Assembly: GCA_036172245.1 (NCBI GenBank)
Contig: JAYWIR010000002.1
Span: forward strand, 3,410,001-3,474,000
Source: Raillietiella orientalis
Lineage: Eukaryota
Direction: 5' to 3'
DNA length: 64,000 bases
The notes beneath the pieces are model-generated. The model made no database searches. It had not been told where the DNA came from and saw nothing but the letters and a program-made list of their open reading frames with translations. A program made the translations under genes and the position numbers. Each line of letters opens with the position of its first letter. Positions within the stretch are counted from its first letter, which is position 1. This document shows, one piece after another, positions 32,948 to 46,293 of this stretch.

Positions 32948-35733
32948 ATGGAACTCAGTGGACTCCTGCTCTTCTTCTGTGCGTGCTCGTGAGTGTCCCT
33001 CTTGGAGCAGAGCCCCTTTTCGCAGCTCCCGGGGTCTGCTCTCTCTTAGATCCATCCGTTTGTACATGAATGCGCAAACCGTCACCACCAGCACCACCTG
33101 CACCACCGCCTCCACCAGCAGCCCGGAGACGAGAACGCCCACCAATTCCTACGAGGTGCCGCTGCGTTACTACCAGGCGAGTTGTTGCGGCGATCGCGAA
33201 CGGCTCCGGACGGGCAATTGCTCTTCCAGATGCAGTTCCTTTACTCCTCCATGACCGTCGGCACTCCGCCACAGAACTTCGACACCATGTTCGATACGAC
33301 GGCCGGCGCCATTTATCTACCTTCCTCCGACTGCATCAACCCGTACTGCAGTCAGCGGCAGCACGTGGGAAGCCAGAGACAGTGACGCTTCCGTTTCTTC
33401 CCCCTCCCCGTTTTCAGGCAGGCTCGTCGTGTACTACAAAAGCCAGTCGAAGACCGCCATCTCCAGCAGCCTGAATGGAAGTCACGTGCTCCTTAACGAG
33501 ACTCTCGCCGGCGCCCTCCTGCTGGACTCCACGGAGCTGGTGCGTAGCCGACGGACCGTTTCCCCGGCATCCTGGGCTAAACGCAATCATTTCTGAGCAG
33601 TTCTCACCGTCCCCTGACAACTCGCGCCACGACAAATCCCCCATCCGGATATACGAGTACGTGCTCCCGTACATCGTGAATCCTCCCCCATACGGACTAT
33701 TGAGATATTCCACCGTGCAGGCCTTATACGGCATCGACAAGCCGGCGTTGAGGATGCTGGCGAAGGCACTCGACACGGAGCCCATCCTGCACCTGGAACT
33801 TGACCCGTTAGAGCACGGGACGAGGGCGGACGAAAAGACATCGCCCTCCCCCTTCCCTTACCTTCCAGGTGGCACGACAAGGCGAAGATCGTCGTGGGAG
33901 AGAACCTCAATGACATCCAGAAGTGCGAGTTCGAGGAGAACCGGCTGAGAGACTCCGCGTCCAACTTCTACAAAATGAAGATCTTCAAGTAAGGCGAGCT
34001 CTTCCGCACGTGCGTTTCGGAGACAGCTCCGTGAGCGTCCCTCTTTGCGCTCTTGGTCTTTTCCCTTGTCCGTTACGCGCGGTCCGGGCGCCCTAGGACC
34101 TGGAGGGAACGGTTGCTCCCTCTATGCGGAAAGTCCTGGACCGACACCCATGCATTTGCGGGAAGGAGAAGCTTCCAGGGGTCGGAGACAAATTGTCGGG
34201 AAGTTAGTTTTTTTTTTTTTTTTCCTTGCCATCCGAGCATCTCGGAGAGCCCTCTACCCGAGAAAGACTTCCTTTGGTGCAAGGCTCCAGGCTCCCCTCC
34301 TCTTTCCAGAGTGCTCATCAACGGCCAGCAGGTGACCACGAAACAGACGATCGTCATCGACTCCGCCAGCCCCATCTTGAAGGTTTCGAGCGAGTTCATA
34401 GATATGATCGCCGCAGCCACGAGAGCCCGGAGGGACTCCGCATTCGGCGGTCTGCTGACGGTGAGGCGACCTGACCGTCTGACTGACCAGTCCCGCCACC
34501 TGTCTCCCGGCAGATAGAGTGTCAGAACCTACCGGAAACCTACCAGATGCCCGTGATAACCTACTGGCTGAACCCCTACTACTTCGTGAATCTTCGCCCC
34601 GACGACTACATCCTCAAAGTACGTGGAGTCGCCGTTCGATCACGCGGAACCGTCCAGACAGACGTCTTCGCGCGCAACCTGCGTGGATCAGCGAGGAGCG
34701 CGCACGCCAAGTGCACCGCTCCTCTGCTGCTCGGCTTGAACATCGCCGCCCCACGCGCGTAGGAAAAGCCGACAGCCAGCTGCCCCGGGCAGGACGCGGA
34801 TTACGCAGCTTCCCGCTGCCGCCGCACGGTTCTGGAGCCCGCTCCGAGGGACACATGCAGCAGCTTTCATGTCCGCTTCTCCTTGAGCAATGGCGTGCAC
34901 TCTACGTGGACCTGAACATCCCCCCCTCTCCGTCGTCTCCTTCACCGCCGTTTCCTTCCGTTAGCATTCTCTTCTGCCAGCTCGTCCATTTCCCGGGAAC
35001 CGCGATTTGCTGTGAGGGGAGCGTTTCCCGGGAGGCGCTGGACTTCCATCAGTCCTGCTGGCGAAGGAGTCGCGGAGCTTAAGAATATCCGTGCGTCTTT
35101 TCAGTCATCCTCCGAGGCAAAACAGTGACCGGGTTTTGCTAGAGCGGAGGGGAGAAGGGAAAGGCGTGGCGTGGACAGGAGCTGCTGCTATCTACCTTGG
35201 TATGCCGGCGCGCTTGCGAATGCACCGTTTCCCGCGTGTTCCCTGCGGAACTGGCTGCGCCCTTCCGCACGCCGCTGTCCGACTCGTCCGGGGAGCGCCC
35301 AAGTGCACGCCGCGTCGGGCTTCGTTTTCTAAGGGGGCTCGCTCTTTCGCAGGCGCTCCCTTTGCGCTACCCACTTGCTTGCTTAGCCATTCGTGCTGTT
35401 CACTGATCACCTTTGAGCTCTCCAGCTTTTCCTCCTAACCACCCCTAACAACCCGCTGTGAAGCAAACAAATACGCCGCGCTTCTACACATCGCCGCACG
35501 ATGGCAGCACCTCGCAGAGGGGAACACGGCTCGAGAGCTGCTCACGAGCCTCTTTTCAGGTCCCGCACAACGACAGAACTGTGTGCGCATTCATGTTCTC
35601 TGACAACATGAAGACCTCGTTCTCCGAGGGGTGGAGTCTGTCCCTTCCGATCCTCAAGCGGCTGCACGTGAAGATCGACCTGGACCGGTCTTCCGTGTTC
35701 TTCAAAACCCGGAGGGAGTGGAAGCCCTCTTGA
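32948..35733 (+). CDS. Secreted pepsin-fold (A1 family) protein with non-canonical catalytic motifs, gene B, 9 exons, 388 aa
   Basis: Manual model: 32948-32988, 33050-33176, 33230-33350, 33418-33539, 33601-33806, 33869-33988, 34310-34460, 34514-34618, 35560-35733 (1167 nt, open frame). Motifs MTVGTPPQNFDTMFDTTAGAIYLPSSDC and IVIDSASPIL. TATA-like box at 32900; AATAAA at 35761. Confidence 0.9.
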
Positions 35734-36568
35734 AAGGCATCGAAGACCGCCGAAGCGGTCAATAAAGCTCTTCCTGGAGCCCGGGTGGTCGTTCCGGAGG
35801 GACCGCGAAGACGGGCGCCTCCCTCCGTCTGGAGCTATGCGCCCTCCGTCGCTCGCGCAGGCGTCCAGAGTGGTAGGGTAGGCGCCGACCGAACTGCGTG
35901 GCTGGAGCCGGGAGCACCCTGGCCGAGAGGGAAGCGACGCAGTGGACCCTGCAGAAGCTACCGACTCACTCGCCGTCGCCGCCACAGGATCGGAAGTGGC
36001 TCTCTTCCTGCTCCAGCGATCTTCCCAGGTCCCAGAGGGAAGTCGAACCCTCAAGGACGCGGCAGTCGCGCCGGGGTACTCCCCTGCCACCGGGGGTCGT
36101 TCTCGCTACACCTCCCATGGGCTAGTTCCCCTTCTACACTCTCCATCTCTGGGAACAACCCCCGGTTTTGCTGTCCGGAGGAGGAACGGTAGCTCCCGCT
36201 GTAACTTCGAAACGCATCGCGAAGACGAGACGGTAGGCTGGGCCGGGAAGTCGCAGACTGCTCATGCGGAAACGCACCCGTGGCCAGAAAGAAGAGGTAG
36301 AAGGGGAAGACGTCCAACGATCTATTCGGCAAGGGTCCTCCTTATTTCCAACAGGAGACTGGTCCGACGCCGTTAAAGCACCAACGGAAGAGCGAAGGCA
36401 ACAGGGTGATCAAGCAGGGATCTTTTCCACAGATGCCATGCATCGTGACCCCGCGCTGGCCGGCTGGATCCGCCAACCCCTTTCCTCCTTGGAACCTCTG
36501 CGAACTCACCCGAGACCCCTCGGCCTTCAAGAGGATCCCCTCCGAGGAGATTCCCTGGAGGAGGAGGA

Positions 36569-37029
36569 TACTCAGAAAGCAACGGGAGCTCTGCCACTAC
36601 AGAATCGTTATCTTGCCAACAGGGATTCCACCACCCGGAAGCCGTCCGCAGCTCGACGTCCTGTTCGACACGACCGGTACCACCGGTGCCTGCGCTGCGG
36701 CTTCTTCTCTCTGCAGCTGCCATCTTGGCGATTACGCTTCATCTTGCTGTTGTCCTCTTGCTGTTTCCGCTGCCGTAACTTCTGGCTTTGGGAGAGGAAG
36801 CAGGTCAAAAGTCCCGGTCAAGATCGCTCCCTGGACCCATGAGTCGCGAGTCCTCTTCGTCCTTGCGATAATCAGGCAGCTGCAGCGCTCACGTCCTCGC
36901 TTCCGCTTCGGCCAGCCCTCACACGGCCTCTCGAGGCTTCCCGAAACCTCTCGTGCGGCAGTCCTTGCTGCTTCCGACCAGTCCCTGCGCGGGGCCTATG
37001 TGAAGTCGGCGTGGCTCAAAAAGACCCAA
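36569..37029 (+). pseudogene. Duplicate of the decayed pepsin-fold fragment
   Basis: Same LDVLFDTTG-containing sequence as 20790-21250. Confidence 0.55.
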
Positions 37030-37833
37030 CGGTGCGGAAACTCCCGTCTTGAAGACGGTGACCCCTTGCGCCCGCGAGGGCAGGCATGGCTGAAAAGACA
37101 CGAGCGACTGCCAGAAGCAGTCTGGCTCCTGATCCGGTTCGGCGACAAAGCACAAGATGGCAGAACAAACTGGCATCGGCGTCGTTTATCTGTCCCTTAC
37201 GAGGTGGCGCGGCGTGCAGGCATTTTTCGAACCACCACACGCGCCTTTCCCGTCCCCACTCCCCTGTTCCAGAACAGCAAATGCGAACCCACGTTGCAGC
37301 CCTGCTCCGAAGAGACCCGCCCGCAGCTGCTGCCCCGCGCGCACGCGCGCCCGTGTGTGCAAACTCGGGAAACCCTGTTTCCGTGACGCAAGAAACCGCG
37401 CTGTCCGCAGGTGAGGAAAAGGTGAGCGGAGTTCGTATACACCGTACACACACACTCGTGCAGACCTCATCCTGCATGTTCGTTCCCCCCTGCCGCATCA
37501 CGCGTGTGCCTGCTGCACTTGTGTGCAAGAGTGAACGCACTCGTAGTGACGGGATCGAGTTCCGCACACGGGGAAGCTGCGGGTAACCAAGATGTCCGGA
37601 GACGGCACCGCGGACCTCCGACCTGGCTGGAGCAGAGGGGAGGAGGGAAGGGGGGAATTTCCGGTGTCCCTTCGACTCCGCAGCGTTGGAGACACGACGT
37701 CATTTCCGCTAAGCTCATCGCGAACTTTGCGAAAAACACATCTCCAGCAGCTCGCGCCCCGTCCTGAAAGATCGCCCGATCCAGGAGGCGAAGCAGCTGC
37801 TCGGACCTTCGACGGTGCCTGAATCCATCTTGC

Positions 37834-37867
37834 ATCGCTTCTCTGCCTTTTGGCTAAGATCAAAGTG
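37834..37867 (+). pseudogene. U2: Duplicate of the TSD-flanked U2 5' fragment
   Basis: Identical to 22055-22088, with the same flanking repeats (37820-37833 and 37866-37879). Confidence 0.93.
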
Positions 37868-40800
37868 AATCCATCTTGCGCGCACCCCAAAGCTTGCCAT
37901 CAACGGTCGTCCGGGAACTAGCCGGAGACGTCGAAAGCACGTCTGCTTGCCAACGCCTTTGTCGCAGAGCAGCCGGGGACTGAAAGCAGCGTCTGGGCAA
38001 ATCCCCACGCAACTTCCGTGGTGCTTGCGAGCGAACCGTCTCGCCCTGACCGGCCGTTCTGCGGGGAACCCGTCCGGTGCACCCAACTGTCCCGCCCGAG
38101 GACCCTGCCGACGCGGCTGAATCAGCTGGCGAGTTCGAGAGCCCGCGCCTCTGGACTTCCCCTCTCCTCCATGCCCGTCTCGCGCGCAGAATGCCGCCTC
38201 CAGCCCGGGGTCTCGGACGAGGAAGAAGCCTCGAACCCACGAGCGAAATCGGAGCACCACTCGTTTGTAGACCGTAACCGCCACCTCGCCACGAAAGCGT
38301 CGAACGAACTTCACACTCCAGGAAAGCCGATGAATGGAGCTTGCGCTCGCGAAACAAAGCCTTTGTCCGCTATCCGAGGAGGCAGCGAGGCCAAAGACGG
38401 ATTGCTGGACTCGTTTTGCCGTGCCGTGCCTCCTTTCGAAGAAGATTCGGCCAACAGCATTCTGCGTGAATGCGTTGAGCTCTTTCGGACCGCACGCTCC
38501 GTTGCTAAGGGGGAGGCAGTCTGGTCCAATTTATACATTTCCGGCTGTGGGCAGCACGTTGCTAGCCGTTGCTAGCGAACGCCTCTATATATAGCCCCCG
38601 GGAGCATCCCTTCCGAGCTGCGCACACCATTGTTAGCCGCAGCGTCTGCACGCGGTTCGTGCTCTTGTTACGCGGATGAATGAAGAGCGTCGTCTCATCT
38701 TGGAGGCAATTCTATCTGTCTGAGCAAACGAACGTTCCTCGGTAAAATGCATCAACGAAGTGTTTGTCCACGAGCTTTATCGAGCTCGCTGCATTCACAA
38801 ACAAAAGGCGGGCGATGCGTGCCGCACACGTTCCACGGTTTCGCTCGAAATGCGAACGGAACTGCGGAGAGGAAGAAGGAAGGCAAGAGACGTTCGCAGA
38901 GGTGCTCAGGGAACCCTTGAATCTGGAATGTGGCGCCATCAGGGGACGGATGTATGAACCGTGCAGCGCAGACACTACACGACGTGTCCTCCGAGGGAGC
39001 AGTGGATGGATATTCGTTAACGGCACAGGTACGCAGTGCCGTGCGTTCTGTTTCAAGGGCGCGATCGACGCCCACACGGATCGACTCCACTTCCCTTATT
39101 CCTTCTGGACGCTCCCGGATAGGCAGCACGTGCGTCCTGGCTGTGGCGACCTGCGGCGGGCGTGTCCCCGATGAATGTTCTCACGACACCGGACACTGGA
39201 GCTGTCTTCACGTGCCCTGCCCGCGTGCGAGGGATCCTGGCTCCTTGGGCGGCACCCCGAAGCCGCCCTTCGAGTCTCAGCGACGCAACCAACCGGTTCT
39301 CTCGCTATCCTTCGTCAACGAAACGAGGAGCCATTTCCCCTTCCCCTCTCCGTGCTTCCCCCGACGCTGCTGCCGCGTTCCCCACGGCGAGGACAGGCGA
39401 CGTCGAGGCGAGTTCCGTTCTGGAGCACCCCCGCCACGTCCGGTCGGAAGCGTCCCATAGGAATTGGCACGCTGGAGGCCGCCGGACCGCGCATTCCCTG
39501 CCGTCGCTTCCCTGATGAGGCGACAGATCCCGGACGACCAGGCCGCTCGGTAGCGAGGTGGGGTCATTTCGCACGCGCCGACCGCGGGCATGCGGCAACG
39601 ACTCTTCTCCCACTCTCGCCAAGTCCTCAGGGCACTCGCCCACGGAAGGCGCCCCCTCCCGGTTGCCAGGCGAGATCCAATGGCGCCGAAATGCGGAGAA
39701 GAGGCCGCGTCCTCCGGCTTTCCAGAGGCTTGCCCGGACTTGGAAATTTCGCCTGGAGCAGCGCCGCCTGCGAGGTCGTCTCGCGTGCCCGCAGCTCCCG
39801 TCGAGGGAGTCTCCGGCAGGAATTTGCGGCTCCGAAGGCGGGCAGCGCCGGAGAAAGGCGAGAGCGAAGGGCGCCGGATGGGAGCTGGCGGCGACTCGAG
39901 AGAGGACTCGTGATCACGGGCTGCTGCTGCCGGAGCACCCGGTGTGGCAGTTCGCAGGGGTGGTATCCACGTCCTTCCGGGGGTCGGGGAGGAAGCGGCC
40001 ACCATCCCGGTAGGGGGGAAGCGTCGATCGAAAGGGGGTGGGAAGGAGGAGGAAGGGAAGGGGAGGGGAGGAGGGAAAACGGGCGAAGCGCCAACTCATA
40101 CGAACGCGCAGCATGACTCGCGTCCCGCATCGCCTTCGGCATCCTCTCGGCTGGTCATCGTGCGCGCGCACGCGTGCTGACGCCTTTCCCGCGACACACC
40201 AAGTGCACGCCGGGCACCGACCGTCACCTCGACCCGAGTGTGCGACAGTTGCCCTCCGCGGAGCACACGGCTCCGTCGTTTTCTTCCCCGCGCGTCAGGC
40301 CCCTTTCCCGCTTCGGAGTGCGAAAGAAGAGCGCTCCACGATGCGGTCTTCCACGCGGCCAAGGGCCCGGATACGATTGACGAAGGTAATCAAACAGACA
40401 GAGGTAGGACGGGGACGGGCCCTCGAGGTGCATCCCTCCCGAAGGTGCGGCAGAAGGAGGAAAGAAATGGAGGGAGACAGAGGCCACCGAGGTCTATATA
40501 CGTACAATCGCACCAATTCTCCAGGGCGCGCGCCTCATGTCGCAGAGGAATCTCCTGGTGACGGCGGACGCCATCTCGATCTCGCCGACGCAGTGGTGCT
40601 TCTCCAAGACAGGAGCCGCCGCGATGCTCGTGGGAAGGACAAGAGCGTGGGGAGAATCGAACAGCACGGGAGGGGGGGTGAGAGGGAGGGAAGCTGGAGA
40701 CATCGCCCACACTGTCAACGGGAATCAAACCAACTCGAACATGAAGGGTGTGCAGCGCGCGCCCTACCATGACGGACGCTTCCCGCGCTCTCGAAGCTAG

Positions 40801-42448
40801 CGTGGGCCGCAGTCCAGGTAATCGGAAGCTAAAAATAGACGGCAACAATGAGTGAATGTTTGATCGATTAAACCGCTTTTTGCCATCTGGTTCGAGTTGT
40901 GGGTGGGATGCCTGTCGGAATGAAACTCCGTACCATTCCCAGGTTTGTGTCCTCCTCGAGTGGATTGCGGCCAGTTGTGCGGATGCAGGCTGAACAACAC
41001 GGGACCCGTTCCAGGTCGGGAAAAGTGTAAATAACTGCTTGCGGGCCCACGTGAGAGACTGAGAAAATCGATGTTCAGGTTTCGGTCGAGCAGGTTTTTC
41101 GATGACGGCGAAGGCAAGGGCGGTGCTCTCAGCCGAACGGACGGCATCTGGCGTGCTCCCCTTCCCCCACCGTGCACCGACACCCGTGGAGTCTCTCCTT
41201 CGCCGGGTTCCGCCGTTATCGCGAATGCCGGCCCAGCTCTTCAGGTCCTGTTCAAAGCCGTCCTGCCCAGCTTCGGAATGAAGAGCGGAGCGGATAAAAA
41301 CCCAGAGCTCCCGAAGGGAACCTCCGGCTGCGCGAACCTCCACTTGGAACGTCTTGGAAGCACGGCACAGATGGCTAACAACGGCGAGCTCCGAAGGAGT
41401 GAAACGCAAACTCGGGTGCGAGCAAAGGACAGCCCGAGCACGACCTCTAAGTTTCCTGTGATCCAAATGAATAAGATCCAACGTCTCAAACACCAGCTTC
41501 GAGCGGTGGAGGAGGAGGAGAACAGGAAGTGTTCGGGATCGGCGTGTCTCCAGGAAACCACGGCGAAAATCGCACGCGGCTGCGAAGACCATCTCGACGA
41601 GCGGACGTGTGTCCTGTGCCTTCACGCACGCTCTCGACTGGGCCGGCAGGCAAACACTTCATTGCTGGAGTCCGAGCTCTCGAACAAACACGGAAGACTT
41701 GCCTGCGAGAACTGGGTGCATGGGCTTAGCTCAACGGGAGCGGATGACGCGAATTGATCCGGAGGGTAGTTTGAGTGCAAACACGCGACGGCATCCAGAA
41801 AACAACCAAGGGACCAGGAGGCAGCTGCGAGCAAGGAACGAGCCACGGAGCTCGTCCGTTCACGACGCATTTCGAAAGCTTCTTCTGAGAGAAGGTTAAA
41901 CTCCGCGGTCTTTAGCAAGAAGTTCAAAAGTGTTGCGAAGTGTTGCTATGGAAAAGGAGCAGCAAAGAAAAGAAAAAAAAAAAAAAAAAAATGGGCGGGG
42001 GGGGGGGGGACTTAAATGAAAAGGGTTACTTCACGAAGATTCAAGTGGAGGACGATGCACCGCATCTAGGATTGCAGAGGAAGGAAAGTCTCGATGCGCA
42101 ACCCATGGAAGAGGCATCGCTCAGAGGATGCCTGAGCTTGCAGCCTAGGGTTGACCAAAGAACATGTTGAGCCACTCGATCCCGACCGCCACTTCGCCTG
42201 TAGTCAGCTGGGCTGGAGGGATAGCTGGCTGGAATATGGCTGCAGTCTCACCTGGTCACGCCGGGGCGCTTCTTGTACGGAAAAATACAAAGTCTAACAG
42301 TAGGTCATTTCATGATGGTGCGTTGGGACAGTGCAGGGCCGCGCGTTCCGCAGGAGTCCCCAGCTCGGAGCCGTCGCCGGAAGAGGTCTGCGCAAAGAAA
42401 CTGGGGGGAGGGGCGAAAAACAACAACAGCAGCAAAAACAAATCAATA

Positions 42449-42914
42449 GACATTAAATAAATAAGTGCTGAAGTGTTTAAGGGGAAGACCCGCCCGGCGG
42501 AGAAGTCCTTTCTTTCGGGCGCTCCTCGAAGGGAGCGGTGTGCTTCTTGCACACACCGATGAGGTGTCATCAATCCACCAGCTCCTTGGTACGAGATGCA
42601 GGGTCACCGCTGAGGGATGGAGCGACGTCTCCTTTGCACAACCGGAGGGGAACTACCCATTCCTTATTTCTGTTTCCTGGAAAGGCCCCAGAGGGTCGAC
42701 TTTTAATCTCGGCCACTCATCGGTTACATCCGGTTTGAACCGCTATTATCGTTGCCGCACCCGAATGCAGGCCAACCAGCGCCATCTGGAGGGAGAAGCT
42801 CGAACCCACGACGCACCCATTTCTCTGGCGTCGATCCTTCCCCGAGTGGGATTCGAACCGGCGACGCCCGGTGTCTCGAGCGCAGACGAAAACCACGTCG
42901 CCTCTGATGTGGAG
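42449..42914 (-). mobile_element. Duplicate of the candidate tRNA-derived SINE
   Basis: Copy of 26670-27135 inside the duplication. Confidence 0.5.
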
Positions 42915-45900
42915 AGGGCGGCGAGGGTGGAAGGGCGAGTCATCTGATGCTCTGCCCAGAGTCCCAGCCAGTCTTCTACCTCCCTTCGACCTCGCACATT
43001 GTTTCCCATCTTCCAAGCGGGACATTGACTGTCCTGGAACTCCCCCAGGGACCACAGCGTCGCGGCAGAAGGGGCTCGCTGGATACACGGGTTTATCCAC
43101 GGAGCAGTCCATCCATCATCCCCTTCGGTGGGCAGCGAGCGCAACCGGAGCGCCGCAGGCGTCGCGTTTCCTCCAGGCTCGAGCCGCTGATCCTCGCCAG
43201 CGCCTGAGATTCTTCCCGTCTCCAGACGCCACAGCTCGTCAGCGAGCAGGAGACCAGGCACCAAGGCAACGCGTGCCGAAGCAAGCGGCCGCCGCACCGC
43301 GCGCCTTCTTGGGCCAGTTGAGTCCCTCCGAGCCGGCTGCCCGCTCGGCCAGGATCAGGGCCGGAGCGCACCAGAGGGTGCTGCGGAACTTCCCCTCCCG
43401 GGCTGTCCTTCGGAACAGCTCCTTTCCAGAGTGGGGACTCACAGGAGTCCGTCTTCCCGGCGCGGGAATCCGCTCGCAGCTGGAAGGCGGGGAGCGGTCC
43501 CGTGCCGGTCGCACGAGGCGAAGCAGGTCAAGAAGGAAGGCGTTCCGACCGGCTTGAGCCGTGCGGGGCGCGTGCTGCGCAACCATCTGGTCATCGGAGC
43601 CCGGCCCTCAGCGCGGGAAGGAGAGTCCACCCTTCTTCTGCCCCACTTGGCCTTTCCCCGCAAGTGCAACACGCGCCGCCTTCCCCCAGCCCGTCCGTCG
43701 TCGGTGGGTCCTAAGCCCATTCCTGCTCGGGCTCTCGTCCGAAGCTCCACCGTTTTGTGCAAGCCGCTCCGACGCCCCAACGCCACAGATGACCGCTTCC
43801 GCTTACAGCAGGAGGAGGACCCCTCTCCCAAGGCATGACGAAGGGAGGGCGGCGGCTTCCCGAGGACCTCCGACGCGCCACTGCCACGGGGCGCGGGAGC
43901 GGCCAGCTCTCGTCTTCAGGAGGGCGGCACGCGCCGCACGAAGTGTGCGGGCGCGCGTCGCCCGCAAGGAGCACTGCAGGAAGAAAAGCGGAGGAAAGCT
44001 CCACGACGGAAACCCTCCACCGGACCCGGGACCGATCGCTCCCCGCGTTGCCCGGGCGACCGCTTGGTCCTTTACGCGTCCAGGGCAGCCTCGCGTAAAG
44101 CGACGAGGCACGGCTGGTGGATTGGGAAGCTTCCGGAATGGCGAACAGGTTCCGCAGCGGCCCGTCGGACGCTGGGCTCACGCAAGCACGAAGATGGCGC
44201 GAGAGGGCTCAGCAGAAGGGATGCCGTCGCGCCTCGGTCCTGACCCCTTCGCGGTGAGAAGATCGGGGGTGCCCAGATGCAGGCGACGACAAAGCAGCAG
44301 CATCCGGAAGGGCTGCCCGCACTACGGGACCGGCGGAGGAATTCCAGGAAGTCCCTTTCGGGAGCACCCTTACCCTACAGCGGGAGATCTCGAGGAGCAC
44401 CGACGTCCCTACTTTAGGAAAACCTGGAAGGAACGGTGGGATAAAAGGGGAGTTCCAAAATTACGACCTGCCCTCGGGCTTTTTTTCCGCGAAAGCATCC
44501 CTCCGTGGGAACCATCTCCGGACATCTCCTCCGAGGGACCGGGAAGCGTTCAGGAGAGGGGAGTGAAAAACTCAGGCGAGTCCCTGCGGTCGGCTTTCTT
44601 CCCATCCGTCCTGGAGCCACCCCGTTGAAGACCGCTCCTTGGCGCGGTAGGGGCCCTTCATAGGATGGGAACACCCGGGGGTCCCCGAGGGGCCGGTGAT
44701 TTAACCTCTGGTTTCGTGAGGAACCCTCCCTCGTGCGCGGGAGCCGCTCCTGGCTCGGAGATCCCGGACGGATCTCCCTCTCCTTGGGACCGCTGCCGCC
44801 GACTCAGTGCAACCCTTCACCCCCCCCCCCCTCCTTCGTCCATCCTGGCGCGGGACCTTCCTCCTTCCGGGAAGCGGGGGACTCTCCTGGTGGAGGAGAG
44901 GGTGGAGCCCGAGGCGGGCGGGAGGTGTCTACGTGTTTCTCCGGGAGTGCGGGAGTGCGGCCCGCGGCAACTCCGCGACTCCCCTCGGAGGACCTGCCGG
45001 CAGGCCACCTGCTTGCGCCCAGAGGCGACCGCCCAACACGTTGCTCTGCTGTGCCCTTGCCGCGCACGCGAGGAAACGTAGCCGGGAGCGTCTCTCGGCG
45101 TAGCGTCCGCTAGGACAAGGGACGCTCCGCGACCGGGACGCCGGAGAGCGGATCTTCCAGCTGAGGAACGTGGAAGAACGGGACAAAGTGAACCGGGATG
45201 CGCGCGCCCTGCCACGTCAAAGAGCGGGAAAGGGGACGATGAGGCGAGGCGGCTGCCGCACCGGGAACCGCGCGTCCGAGACGCCAGGAAGCCGCCAGGT
45301 GACCAGGACGGATCGGTCTTGCGCCCTTCGCTATGAGACGGGGCCCGAGAACCTGGCACTTCCTTGGAAAGCGGCCCCGGGGCCACAGCGTCCGAGTGCA
45401 AAGGGGGAGGGGGGCATTCCGGTAGGGCTCTTCGGGCAGAGCAGCCTTTCCTGCCGCGCGTTCATGCGTGCTGGAACGGACGTCTGGAGGGAGGACGCAG
45501 CGAGACTCTTGGGGCTGCTCTGTCCCTGCCGACTTTCAGGGGAGCGACTCGCGCTCCCGGCCCACCATCCCTCCTGGTGGAGGAGACTACACCTGGCGAT
45601 GCTTACGACTGACACTGCTTCCCGCAAACCCTCCAGGCCCCTCGGCGGCAGCAATGGGGAAGGAAGTGGTGGGGGGAGAGGTAGCAGGGTGCTACAGGAA
45701 CGAGACGGGGTCACTGGAGCGGGGGTGGGTCGTGGAAGAGGAAGGTGAGGCGTGGGGTAGAGAGGCGGTGGCCCGCTAGGAACTTCAAGAAAGGGCGGGG
45801 CGCTGCTCCAGCCTGGTTCCGGGTAGGGGCGGATCCGGAACGTGGGCGAACCTCCGCTACTTTTGCTTCCCCCCGTACCTTCTCCGGTGGGCAGGAGTAA

Positions 45901-46293
45901 GGAGTTGGTGGGGTGGGGGATCTGAGGCTTCCCGATTGCCGCTCCGAAGATTTTGGTCTCTCAGCTACGTAGGTCATCAGTGAATGGAGGGAGGGGAAGG
46001 AGGGGGAGGGGGATGCTTCGGACCGTTCCTTTTCCGGAAAGGAGGAAGGAAAATCGTAGGGCTCTCCCCCTCCCCGACTTGATCCTTGCACCCTCGGATC
46101 CGGAGGAGCACCGGCGCGTCCTCGAGGTCGAACCTGTGGGACGCGATGGCAACAGCGAAGTTTTCCCGGCAGCTCCGAAGGCGCTGCGCGCGAGGGAGCG
46201 TCCGGGATGGATAAGTGAGGAGAGGCCCTAGGCTGCATATCTCACGGAAGCTCCCCCGGGCAGGGCCCCCCAGCCAGAGGGTCCGTTTTCATA

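Larger units (their letters stand above)
34374..45445 (+). repeat. Segmental duplication copy 2
   Basis: Near-identical to 18595-29665. The copies diverge after ...gggcagagcagc (aaagg in copy 1, ctttc in copy 2). Confidence 0.98.
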
